Shown piece by piece: positions 42,489 to 56,599 of a stretch of DNA of 64,000 nucleotides. This stretch comes from Octopus vulgaris. Lineage: Eukaryota. Location: NCBI GenBank assembly GCA_951406725.2, contig OX597818.1:682001-746000 (forward strand), in the 5' to 3' direction. Every line of letters begins with the position of its first letter. Position 1 is the stretch's first letter. The notes under the pieces are model-generated. The model was not told where the DNA came from. It saw nothing but the letters and a program-made list of their open reading frames with translations, and ran no database searches. Position numbers and translations under genes: made by a program.

Positions 42489-43146
42489 AGTAATTTTTAT
42501 TAACTTTTATAGCTTTAGAATTTTATGAACTGTACCACGGATTTAATTATTATTTTTCATCTCCATATGTGTTAGCCCTTTTTTTTTTTTTATAAAAAAA
42601 ACTATTAGCCAAATATGTATAATATCGGTACTTATTAATATTAATATATACACTGTTATATATTTTGTTTTATTTTGTTCTGTTTACCTTCCTTTTTGTA
42701 CAAATGTGTATTATATTATATAAGTGTAGCATTATGATGTATAAGTTTTTATATTTTACATTTTTATATTTTTATATTTATATGTATATGATTATATAAT
42801 ATTTTTCACTATTATAACAAATTTAATTTAATTCTCTGAAGAGGCCGTGGGGCATCCTTGTTAATGCCTCATTTATACCTGCCTTTATGGCTTATAGGTT
42901 AAATGAGGTATGACTGTCCTCACTGCCGAAACAGCTGTCAGTTTTGATTTATTTGCATATTATATTTGAAATTTTTTACTTATATCTCTTTATCTTTTTA
43001 CTTTTACTATTACTGTATATCTCATTTCATTTTATATATTGCCTTTACTCATATGTAATGGTGTATTAAAGTATGGATTGAGTATCATCGGATAGTTGAT
43101 GTTTTACTGATTTAAGTATGTTTCTCCATTCTCTAATTTTGTAGTT
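39846..43146 (+). mobile_element. Penelope-like retroelement, 5'-truncated (Hydra-clade-like), in (TA)n
   Basis: GIY-YIG ORF, about 2.2 kb of AT-rich 3'UTR, hammerhead at 42830-42945, and a tail ending at (TA)n. Confidence 0.85.
42830..42945 (+). ncRNA. Type I hammerhead ribozyme, canonical core, long stem II
   Basis: CUGAAGA (42836-42842), GGC...GCC, GAAA (42928-42931), palindromic CAGCUG, then UC. Predicted cleavage after 42939. Confidence 0.8.
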
Positions 43147-43177
43147 ATATATATATATATATACATATAAACATATA

Positions 43178-43401
43178 TGGCTCCTGTGCAGATGGCACGT
43201 AAAAAGCACCATTTGAGTGTGGCCGTTGCCAGTGCCAGTGGCACGTAAAAGCACCCACTACACAGTCGGAGTAGTTGGCGTTAGGAAGGGCATCCAGCTG
43301 TCCAGCTGTAGAAACTCTGCCAGATCAGATTGGAGTCTGGTTCGCCAGACCTCAGTCAAATCATGGAAAGCGGACGTTAAATGATGATGATGATGATGAT
43401 G
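43178..43401 (+). mobile_element. RTE LINE 3' end fragment
   Basis: ggcacgtaaaaagcacc units, 'gttggcgttaggaagggcatccagctg' and (ATG)n tail. Confidence 0.85.
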
Positions 43402-43828
<427 letters not shown>

Positions 43829-43933
43829 GTAACAGAAAAGAGGAATTTCGATTATCCCCACGTGTTGAGTTGTATATAAGAAATTAAAAAAGGAAAATAT
43901 GCACACTTACATAGTTTTAATATAATTTTTAAT

Positions 43934-43968
43934 ATATCGACTGGTTTCGCTATCGCTATTCATGATAT
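43934..43968 (-). ncRNA. 35-nt minimal hammerhead motif, A3-U8 core variant, in a PLE-like remnant starting at 43826
   Basis: Minus strand: auauc-AUGAAUA-gc-gaua-gc-GAAA-CCAG-UC-gauau. Its downstream tail ends at (TA)n. Confidence 0.6.
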
Positions 43969-44732
43969 TATGTTTTACTTATTTGAATATGTATTTATTC
44001 TTAAGAAGAAATGTTGTCCATGTTGTGTGTGATGATATTTACGAGTGAATGACTTCACAAGTAGCAAAATAAGGGGAGGTAATTGGTTATCATTATTATT
44101 GTTATAAGAACTGGTTTGAATTCAGCTTACACTATGACCAAAGGTACCCAAAGACCAAGGATTAATGTGTCACAGCATGGCACATTATGTCCAATGCTCA
44201 ACAATATGAAAGGTTCTTATATTGATTCATATGAGAAAGATAGTTTAGTTAAGAAAAAAGTTAGAGAGAGAGAGTTATAGGAAGCATGCAACTTCTACTG
44301 TGAAAAAATCTCTAAGTATAAATTCTCTGAGTGATAGATGAGAAGATAAAAGGAATACAGAAGCTAAAATTTACATATTATCAATGCTATTATCTTGAAC
44401 TGAAAGAAAGACAATTGTGTCTGTAAGACATTATATAGTATGTTACCAAAATTAGAAAGATCTAGCCAACAAGATAAGTGCCAACATATTCACTTTTGGT
44501 TCAGGAATATTCACACACTCACAGTTAAGACATTGTGTACAGTGTGTTAAAATAAATCTACTGAATCTATTGAAGTGTAGGCCCTCTTGCTGCTCAATTA
44601 ACTGCTTAAATTAACTGTTCTGAAAAGTGATTTGATTAATGAATAATTTTAAAAAGTAATTCAACTAATGAGATAATTGTGTAATTAAAATGTAACTTCA
44701 AAAGTCTAATTTAACCCATTAGCATTTATAAC

Positions 44733-44900
44733 TAAACTATGAGAAGATCTGGTCAAATTAAATAGTTATATTATTAGCTAGCTGAAGGTGACCTGATATG
44801 ATTAACGATTAACTATGAAGATCTGATCAAATTAAACAGGCTCAAAGTAGCCTTCACTGTACAGATGTAGTTAAACACTATGAACATCTGATCAAATTAG
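44733..44900. repeat. Degenerate tandem repeat, 3 copies
   Basis: actatga(g)aagatctg(g/a)tcaaatta at about 44736, 44812 and 44877. Confidence 0.7.
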
Positions 44901-47222
44901 TGATGTGGTTAAAGACTAGGTAAATTGATTAAAGACTAACTTATTTACTAAAGTGCACATATAATTGGTCCAATGGTGGTTTATGGAAAGTCAGTCTGAT
45001 ATCAAATAAGGTAGTGAGAAATTATCATCAACAATATTTCACTGGTTTCAGCTATTAGACTGTACATGGCCATGCTGGGGCACCACTTTCAGAGTATAGT
45101 TGATTATATATTAACCCCAATGTTTTTTCCTATTCTTATTTTATCACCCTAGAAGAAGAAAAGATATGACTGATTAGGGTTGGATTTGAACACAAAGGAA
45201 TGCAACCAAACGCAATAAGGAGTTTTGTGTGGTGCTCTACTGATTCTCCACAAACACTTAAAATATGAATGTGTGGGAGGGAGAGAGAGAGAATGTGTAT
45301 ATATGTGACAGAGAGAGAGAGAGAGTGTGTGTGTGTATGTGTGCGCACGCACATGTGATGATGATGATGATGCTGATGATGAAACAAAACAAAACTATTC
45401 TAAAACAGGCATATTTTCACTTAAGAAAATAGATGCAACCTAATGACAGACTACAATTATTAACCCTTTCAGTGCTAAATTTATAACTAACTTTACATGT
45501 ACATTTCAATTAGTATTGGAAATAATCAAGAATCTAAAGAGATTTGATAAAAGAGAGATAGTGAGGTAGGTTGTCTATAATTATTTCATATAATTATCAT
45601 TAAAGTCAGCTGGTAAGATGTGTAACATACTTAAACTCTTATTGTATAGCAGCTTCTTGTTATCTATATATCCTCCACTAATTATACCATTAATTAGTTA
45701 TGTGTCTGCAAGAATGATGAACTGCCATTATTATTATTTTATTTTTCTTTAACTAAATTATCTCTCTTTTAGCTGGTGCATAACATATAGCATAGCAAGA
45801 GTTTTACTTAAAATTATAAGTCTTAATTAAGATATGACTGTTTTAAAACAAGAAGTCTTATATAGACTCAGAAGCAGCTCTAAGTAGATTAATATCAAAG
45901 GAATTAAGAGACAGAAGATTGACTTACGGATAAGAAATAAATAAAAAAGACAAAAAGAAATCAAATTAATAGAAGAACCTGTTATGATGCTTCAATAAAA
46001 TCAATTTCAGAGACCAAAGAATAGGAAATTAAGAAAAACGAAAATAAAAAAAAATTCTTAAGACAGATTTTCTCTATTTACTAAATGACATTTCAATAAA
46101 TTTTAAAATACAGTAAGCAGTCATTATTATTAGGTATGAACAAAGGCATTGAATTGACAGAATTGTTAGAGTATTGGACAAAATTGCCTTATAGTAGTTG
46201 TTCCAGCTCTTTAAGAACCACCAAGTTCAATTCATGTTGAGATCAAATTTACTTTTTATCCTTCCATAGTACCAGTCAACGACTGAGGTTGATGGTATCA
46301 ACTAACCCAGCCCCTGGAAGTTACTGGCCTTCTGCCTGAATTAGAAATCATTATCATTAAGTATGGATATGGCTAGAAAATGATAGTGCTATGTTACACA
46401 AAACTTAAAGTAGCAGCCAGTTCTAGTTTCAACTCCAGCTGAAACTCCTTCACTTACTCTAATGATGTATTTAGCTTCTGAGGTAGCCTCACCGCAGCCA
46501 CTTAAGCCCATAATTGAACCTCTGTGAAGTCAGTCAATCCACTAAAAACAGCAGCCAAATTTCCTTCAAATCACACCCTACCATCTCACAGCAGACAACT
46601 CAAATATACTAAAAGTGTCATGGGATGGTATTGGTTAGATTCACAAGTCTGACAAATATAAATCAGGGAAACAACTCAAAGCATCCCTATATAGATCCCT
46701 ACATACACAATCCCTATATAGATATGTGGCCTTGAATTTAAAGATATCTGTATATCAAATGGTATTTCCAGGATGGTGGTTAAAGTAGAACACTATTTGG
46801 TCTTTTACCTTATTTTTGACACGACCCCTTTCTAGCCAGTCCTGAATTGACTGCAAGATAGAGAAGTAATACTATACAGGATGAAGAAAGACCTTGTACA
46901 CTCACTAAAATAATAATTAGGGCTTAAAATGGAAATTCTACTTCAACAATATTCGCATAAAAAATCTTCAGTTAAATCATGCACTCTATTTAAGATACTG
47001 ATGACACAGAATATATTTGAAAGTAAATGAAAGACAACTAACTTCCTAAACAGCATGACTGGAGAGATGGCACCGTTAGCAGCAGCAGAAATGTAAACAG
47101 AGTGGGAGTAATAAATGCTAAAATAATAGCTAATCAAAATTAGGCCATGTTTTAATAAGTACTGTGAGAAAATATTGCCTTACAGGCTTTAGTTAACCCA
47201 TTGAAGCTTGCATCTGTTGATA

Positions 47223-47470
47223 ATCTATGCATATATAAAGCTGAGTGTGTGTGTGTGTGTGTGTGCATCATTAAAACTTGAGAACAACCCAATAGATTTC
47301 ATTCAAATTTTACACATGCCTTACTTAGGGCCCATACAGTATCATGGGCCAAATAAATTTCAACTTTTTGCCAAATGTGAGCCCAGTGCAGCCTCTTATC
47401 AGACTGTTTCTGTATTATGTGTCAAAAGTGAAACAATAACATCTATTAATACTTTCATTTTTATATGGTT
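47223..47470 (+). mobile_element. Helitron-derived 5' fragment
   Basis: Starts atcta...tatataaagctgag and matches the reverse complement of 52390-52770. Confidence 0.6.
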
Positions 47471-47595
47471 TCAATTTCTATTACTTTCAGTATGTATGAT
47501 GTATGTATGTATGTATGTATGTGTATGTGTGTGTGTATGTATATCTATGTATATATATATATGTGTGTATATATATATATGTGTGTATATATGTG

Positions 47596-47639
<44 letters not shown>

Positions 47640-47897
47640 GTGTGTGTGTGAGTGTGTAATGTCAAGTTAGATAGAAGTCAGAGGTTATGCAACCATCTAA
47701 GGGATAGATGTATCCATAGGCACTCATGGTATATTACCTCAGTATGTATAGACCTCGTTATATGGTATACAGTAGTAGGTAATTTAAAGGTAAAAACGTG
47801 GTTTAATATATAGAGAGACGATAAGAAATGGAGCAATAATTAACAATGAGAAGTGGATCATTGGTGTTTAAAAGTCATTATTTAATTTAATTAGGAG

Positions 47898-47980
47898 ACT
47901 GTTTACAGCTGTTTCTGCTTATTAAAATGGGGTGAATTTACATTTACCTCATTACATTTAATAAACATCTTCAGAATGAT
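47898..47980 (-). ncRNA. Type I hammerhead motif, canonical core, long stem II, in a PLE remnant (about 47665-48460)
   Basis: Minus strand: CUGAAGA-uguuuauuaaa...augagguaaau-guaa-auucaccccau...uuuaauaagca-GAAA-CAGCUG-UA. Confidence 0.72.
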
Positions 47981-48489
47981 TATATAGAAAGGAAAGGCAA
48001 AGACAAAGAGAAGGAAAAAAAGTAAAAGAAAAGAAAACAGGAGTTTGTTAAAGCAATAGTCTTACATTTTAGTGACTTGTATATTTCCACATGTCAGTAG
48101 ATTCCTTCATTCAATGTTTATGGTGGTAAGTGGGGACAGTGGCTAATTGACCAGCAGTGTTGGCCAAAGGAGTTATATCTAGTGGGGATATCCAGTGTTG
48201 TTATTTGACTTAAGTAATGCTAAGTCAGACCCTGTAATTTCAATGGAAGCCCTAGTATAAACTAAGTACGTTATTTAAAATTAGTAGGATATAGTGTATA
48301 CATATGGGCTATGTAAAGGAATATTAGAAAGGGTTGAAGAGTACATAAAAAACAACTTAAAATCAATATAAGAAAATATAATGTAATATGGGTCAGTAGC
48401 CTAGCTAACAAGTGAATGTAAAATATAGGAAAAAGACCCCCTAATCATACTATGTAGATTAAATAAACTTGTCTCCTAGCTTACCTTCT

Positions 48490-48838
48490 GGGAGTCTGAT
48501 ACAATTCCCTGCTACCACCATTCTACCAGTCCTTCCAAGCCTGTTTCTTTTCTGTCAACAACATTGTTTCACCACCATGTTATTTTGGGTCAGGAGGGGA
48601 CTTTGCACCATCCACAGATCTGGTCAGTGGCCCTCAGCAGGTTGTCCCATAAAAACCTCATGTGAAGCTATATCCCCTTCTATTTCATCAAAGACTTTAT
48701 GTAATACATCTCTAAATCTCTGTCATTTATAAGCAGCCATCTTTCACTTTCTCTGGGAGGATGTAGTCAATTTGGCTAGTGTGTCTGCCAGAACGGTAGG
48801 TGACTGGCAGGTTTCCTGAAGTTAGTATTGCAAACCAT
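48490..48838 (-). mobile_element. Heavily deleted internal RTE fragment
   Basis: Collinear pieces of 5090-5610. Confidence 0.75.
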
Positions 48839-48864
48839 ATATATATATATATATATATATATAA

Positions 48865-49170
48865 CTAGCAGCTAAGCCCGGTTTCACCTGGTCTGTTTGG
48901 ATGATGTGGCAGTGATCGTTTTCGGTTAGGCCTAATCTATAACAGTGTTTCTCAACCTTATCATTTCGGGTCCCCTGTTTCGATTGGAGCCTCCAGCTTT
49001 ATGAAAATTTCATGACTCCCCCACCACCTAAGCAGAAAACAGCTTCGGGAGTTGTGAAGAACGAATTTGTACGTAGCCTGGGGGAATTTCATTAGAAAGT
49101 TTTAATCGATTTTCTCAGTAATTATGGGGGGTGGGGCTAGGAAAAAATACAAACTGCATTCCAAACTGCC
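48865..49170 (-). mobile_element. Helitron-like 3' end
   Basis: CTAG terminus at 48865-48868 with a subterminal GC hairpin (cccggtttcacctgg). The right boundary is uncertain. Confidence 0.5.
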
Positions 49171-49484
49171 TTTATGTTCTTAATAGCAGAATACAGTAGT
49201 CAAGGATGGAAATACAACTGATATGTCTATCTATGGTTTGTATTTCCACTTCACATACCTCTCATGTCATCTCATCATCATCATCATTTAATACCAGGTT
49301 TCATGCTGGTGTACATACATATATAAATACAAACATAAATACATAGAAAAATACACTCATAAATACATATATACATAATATTAATAGTACAAATAATAAA
49401 TTGTATGTATGTGCATATGCATGCATTTGTAGACATACATACCATGTGTCATGTCAAATTTATTCTTTGTACCATAAATATTTT

Positions 49485-49780
49485 AATGAAATAAAGTGAA
49501 GAAAACTTTGGGACAATTTTCGAGAAAATTGTCACTGAAGAGTGGAAACACTTCCTCGATGACTGCTTTATTTTGGGGAAGAAATCAAATGATGATCTAC
49601 AAATATTCAATAACATTCTGAACACTATTTAACCATCTATCAAATTCATGATAGAAACCAGTCATGACTTACTGCTCTTAGGCATTCACATAAAAATATG
49701 CAACTCCACAGCAACAACAGATATATATTACAAAAAACAACACACTGCCATTCTTCACACATCAAATGGAACATTCCTAT
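49485..49780 (+). pseudogene. Penelope-like reverse transcriptase relic (Neptune-like), not in ORF track
   Basis: Manual translation: EEWKHFLDDCFILG...IFNNILNTI*PSIKFMIETS...TDIYYKK...CHSSHIKWNIP. Confidence 0.75.
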
Positions 49781-50513
49781 AGTATCTATGGTTGACCCCA
49801 AAATACACATACAGACATGACAGACTTCTTCCTGCCAAATCCACTCACAAGGCTTTGGTCATGCTGAGGCTTCAGTAGAGTCCAGAACAATGTGGTTGGA
49901 AAGCAAACTTCTTACCACAGAACTGTGCCTCTATTATGTGTGTGTGGTTATATTTTTCAAATTTCTCAGCAATATATCCATGTGCAGATGTGTATATATC
50001 TGTGTGTGTGCGCGTGTGTGTATATATTCAACCATGTGTATATACGAGTGCATGTATGTTTATGCAAAGGTACTGAGCATATCTGTGTGTATATGCATGT
50101 TTATTCATGTGCATATAAGGCATATATGTTTACCTATGTGAATATGTGGAGAACATTATTGGCTGGTGGGTTAGGGTAGGGATCAGTCAATTAAGTATTA
50201 CGCAGTCACCAACACTGTATTGTCTTAGGCTAAGTTACATGGATCAGTCTATTTACTTGTAAATTTGTATTACAGAATATTATAAATCTCTTTATTTTGC
50301 AAAGAGAAACAGTACTGCAAAATTGACAAGAGTTATGTTTTGTAATCTTTCAAACCTGACTTTACTTTCACCTGTGAGAAATATTACTGATAGTGAGTCA
50401 ACCACTCAACCAAAACAACAGTTAGACTAATAAGAAACTTTTCACATGAAGAGTGCTGGGGTTATCCACTCTTACTTGCCTTACTTACAACATTATAATG
50501 ACAAAGTGTTTAA

Positions 50514-51554
50514 CCCTTTCGTTACCAAACCGCCCAAACCCGCCCGTATTTACCTATTCATATTTAAATGAGAATATCAGAGCAAATCTCTTTAGTACAT
50601 TCATGGAAACACTGATTATACTTCGTAAACAGTTCATCTACAGTTTTGTATAACGATCGAAGTGTAATTTTAATTCCGTGAATTTTGGGAGATTTTTTTC
50701 CGAAATTTGTTCCTATTGTGTTTTCAAAATTTGTAATTCTGACAAAAAATGGATACGAATTTCATTATATCAAGCAGCGAGTCAGAATTCAAAGGATTTT
50801 CTACTGAAGACCTTGATAAATCTAACTCTATGACTGAAAAAAAAAGCACGTGGTATTTGATAATGAATCTGATGTTTCATTTTCCGAAAGTGAAAACAGT
50901 GAATCCGAGAGCTCCGACAGCGATAAAGAAAATGAATTGGCACCTGAATGAAGTGAAAATTTAAAAACTGTTTCTTTCGGTGATTTTTCTGAAGAAACTG
51001 GACCAAGCCACAGACTTTCCCAGGAGAGTAAAGCCTTAGACTATTTCTTTTTACTTTTTTGAATGAGCCTATTTGAAATCATTACGGCAGAAACGAACCG
51101 TTACGCTAAATGTAAACAAAGTGAAAGAAAGGATAGTTAGTGGTTTCCCACAACCTTAAATGAAATTAAGACTATTTTGCCATAAATATTATTATGGGTA
51201 TCAGAAAGTTACCCAGAATAACAAATTCTATCGTAAAATTTTGTTGTATACCCAATTGAATATTAGCTAATAACCCATTTTCTATAGCGATGTTTGAACA
51301 AAATTTTAATAATTTTATATTTTGTTGAATTTACCTGTATCTACCTGCAATTAGAGTCACTTTGTGACAAAAATTATAGTATAGAATTGGTTGAGAACAT
51401 TTCATTAAATTATCTTCACAAAATCACATTAATATATTGATAAATAAAAAAGTTATAGTAGTTTAATGAAACCAGACTAAATTTATGATTATGTTAGAAA
51501 TTAATTGAAACACATAAGGGGTGTATTTTGGTCAGAAATATAGTAACGAAAGGG
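50514..51554 (+). mobile_element. Internally deleted piggyBac with N-terminal transposase relic
   Basis: TTAA on both sides and the same TIRs as 21255-22372. MDTNFIISSSESEFKGFS...ALDYFFLLF...AETNRYA...WFPTTLNEIK...MGIRKLP. Confidence 0.9.
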
Positions 51555-51619
51555 TTAAGTGATTCTCCTATTATCAAATGGTTAAGTAATGCACCCACTC
51601 ACCTGTGAATATATATATA

Positions 51620-52984
<1,365 letters not shown>

Positions 52985-53212
52985 TTGGTGGGTAAATATG
53001 TCATTATACATATCAATATTATGAATCAATTGCGTTGATTTACACCTCCCACTCGCAAAATCATAATGTTCTTATGCAAAATAAAACAAAATACCCTCTT
53101 GCATTTTAATTAAAGATTCATTTGTTGTATAATTAACAGATGATATTTGTTAAAATGTACATATGGTAAAGCAATATTGATAACAAAACAGCCATATTAT
53201 ATATATATATCT

Positions 53213-53379
53213 CACGGAGTGGTTGGCGTTAGGAAGGGCATCCAGCTGTAGAAACATTGCCAGATTAGACTGGAGCCTGGTGCAGCCTTCTGGCTTCCCA
53301 GAACCCCGGTCGAACCGTCCAACCCATGCTAGCATGGAGAACGGACGTTAAACGATGATGATGATGATGATGATGATGA
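53213..53379 (+). mobile_element. RTE LINE extreme 3' end, young
   Basis: CpG-intact 3' end with (GAT)n tail. Confidence 0.85.
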
Positions 53380-54144
53380 TATATACACACACACACACAC
53401 ACTTATGCACATAGGTATATTGTGGGGGTGTGATCGTAGTTTTACATCCAATTTTTCCATGCTGACATGGAATTCTAACAGTAGTGTCTTACATTTTCAT
53501 ATAACACTAAAGCAGACAATTCCAATCTGAACAAGTGATTCTTTCCTTTAAAAAAAATCTGTGATTTTCTACACCATTATGCTGCTACTAGAAAACCAGA
53601 AATATTCCCACAGGGGATGTAATAATCTTTACTGCAACATTTACAAGCCACTTTACCTACTACAAAATATTGTAGTAGGTACTTAGCACTTGGTTAACAA
53701 GTTTGTCACTAAAAAGAACTTTTTATTAACAACCAGTTTAACATTTGCTAAAGTGATGCAACAATTTGAAAATGTCAACACTGCAAATATGAAGAAAATG
53801 CTTTCTGGAAGCCTAACCAAATAATATTACATTGCAATTGTTAAATATAAATTAAATACATAAAACAAACTATAAAAGTGTTTGAATTGGTTTGAAAAAT
53901 TTGTTGTTTAACCCTAAAATGATTGAATTATCATCTACAAGCAGAAAAAAATATTTAATCAGTCTTTTCCAACTTAAGGCTAAGAAATAAGTTTGATGTG
54001 AATAAAAACTAAATTTTCTCAGGCACACACATTGTGTGTCTTATTTAAATAATATTATAAATTTAATCTCCAATTTATGTTACTGAATAGTTCCATGCTG
54101 AAAAACCTTCACCAGACAAGGTTAAATGGAAAAGTATATGACAA

Positions 54145-56451
54145 CCGTAAAAACCCATGTAACTTGTGCACCCATGTAATTTATGCAGGTAATTTTCACG
54201 ATAAAATTTGTTAAAAAAAGCTCATGTAAAATTCGCATTCAAAAGTTTTCATAATTGCCGATATAGCCAGCAGCAATTTAGTTGTATTTAGCATAATTTC
54301 ACTTACTTATGATTAGATTTTATTAAATTTTCAGTAAATAAAAATTATTTCTGTTTAACAGGTACCACAATGAAAGCTATTAAATTGCAAAATGTTTGTG
54401 TTGTTTATAATAAACTTTATTTTACATTTCTTGCCCACAAGAGATTATGTCTGATCTTTAGCATAATGTTCTATGTCTTCTCAAATCACAATCACAGGAA
54501 AAGTTGTTGATAAGAATTACTGAAAAAAAAACAAGCTGATAAACATGCACAGGTGTTGCACATCAGCTTGGATGACATTTTGCTCAACCGACATAGGAAG
54601 GTAACCGATCAAAGTGATTGTATAAACTGAATTATTTTCTGCCTATTCTTGTCAGAACCTTTTATACGGAGTATTGAAATATTGCCATTTTGGCGATCTT
54701 TCGTCTCTAGTAGATCTTTCCGTCGATTTCCGTAAAAAACTTCTTTTTTTTTTACATATGGGCTTGCGGGAACTTTTGAAGTAATGAGAGCGAAAGAGAC
54801 TAAGAGAAAGTGATTGTATGACGAGGGAAGTTCTTTTGAAGTTACCGTGCATGGGAAGCATTGATGTACATGTGTGTTTGATGGGGTGTGGGAGACAGAA
54901 AGTATGTTGTGTAAGTGAAGTGCTTCTGTTAGTGTGTGTGAAGAGACAGAGAGAGTAATGTGTGAAAGAGAGAGATAACTGAAATTTTTTACTCGGTTTT
55001 TGTAGTGTGTGCGTGTGTATGCATGTATGTGTATATGTATGTATGCATGTATGTGTGTGTGTGTATGTATCTATGTATGTGTGTGTGTATGTATGTGTGT
55101 ATGTGTATGTATGTATGTGTATGTATGTATGTATGGCCGATTCAGTGTTTACATTATTTCGAGTTAAAACGAAAGATTACCTTTGCCTGTTTATGTAACA
55201 GTCTGCTATGTAGAAAATAATGAGGTTGACTCAATGGAATAATGACAGTGATCGAAGATATAGACAAAATTTTTTTTATTTAATCGTTATACAAAAGTTT
55301 TAAGTCAAATGGAAAACACATCAATTGACTTAGCAAAGCCATGTTGATTCTTAAGTTTGGATGAGTTCGTGTGCCCTGGGGAGAAGAGGAATTTGGCATT
55401 TCGGAACTGTCCCTTCGTCTCAAAACAACACAAATCACTGTACCGACTAGACTGTCAGATGTTGCTACATATCGCTGGTCACAATGCGCTTCCTCACATT
55501 GTTGTAGCTTCTGAGTGATGCCACCTTGAGGCTAGACGGGTAGGGTTGCCCATTTAAAACTGTGTCGATCGTAGTAACGTGAAACGAAGCCTTTTGCTCA
55601 AAGCCTTTTCCTTTGCATGCAACTCTTTTCTCATGAGAAGAATATCTCCTCCTCATTTTATAACTCTCCCGTCTTTTTCTTACCATTTCACCATCGTCAC
55701 ATCAACAGAGACATTAAGGCTGCACAGTAGCAGTCGACAAGGCATGTATAACGATTAAATAAAAAAAAATTTGTCTATATCTTCGATCACTGTCATTATT
55801 CCATTGAGTCAACCTCATTATTTTCTACATAGCAGACCGTTACATAAACAGGCAAAGGTAATCTTTCGTTTTAACTCGAAATAATGTAAACACTGAATCG
55901 GCCATACATACATACATACACACACATACACACACACACACACATGCACGGTAACTTCAAAAGAACTTCCCTCGTCATACAATCGCTTTCTCTTAGTCTC
56001 TTTCGCTCTTATTACTTCAAAAGTTCCCGCAAGCCCATATGTAAAAAAAAAAAAAATTTTTTTACGGAAATCAACAGAAAGGTCTACTTGAGATGAAAGT
56101 TTGCTGAAATTTTAATCCCTTCCACACTTATAAAATGTTAAACAAACTTTAAAATTTGTCATTACCATTATTGTCAGTATGGGCAGAACTTATGAATTAC
56201 TTACTGTGAAGGGAAAATTGAATATGTTGACTGTGCATTTGAATGCGAGAATAAAACTGCCGGAAGCGGCTGTAAAAAACCCATTCTGACATTAAATGAG
56301 TCAACTTCCGGTAAAAAATGTTTACGTCTTGTACATCTTTTTGCAACAAAAAAAAATTCTGGAAGCAATCTACTCATGTAATTCATGCACCCACTAAAGT
56401 TTATTTTTTATTTTTGCAAAAAAAGTACATAAATTATATGGGTTTTTACAG
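54145..56451. mobile_element. Non-autonomous TIR DNA transposon (possibly Tc1/mariner-pogo type) with long internal inverted repeat
   Basis: TIR ccgtaaaaacccatgtaacttgtgcac versus gtacataaattatatgggtttttacag. Subterminal catgtaatt(t/c)atgca motif at both ends. No clean TA TSD. Confidence 0.6.
54687..56110. repeat. Long high-identity inverted repeat (54687-55293 versus 55745-56110)
   Basis: Arms align over about 350 bp with few mismatches. The left arm has about 240 extra bp. Confidence 0.93.
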
Positions 56452-56599
56452 TCATTTTTCATTCAGCCATGACCAATGATTGATAATTTAGCTCTCAGTA
56501 ATTAGAAAGTTCTTCAGCATAAATACAATTTCATAGTATAAATTGGCTGTTATAAGACTAAATTTATAATTTAATTTAATGCAAATAATAATACATCCA

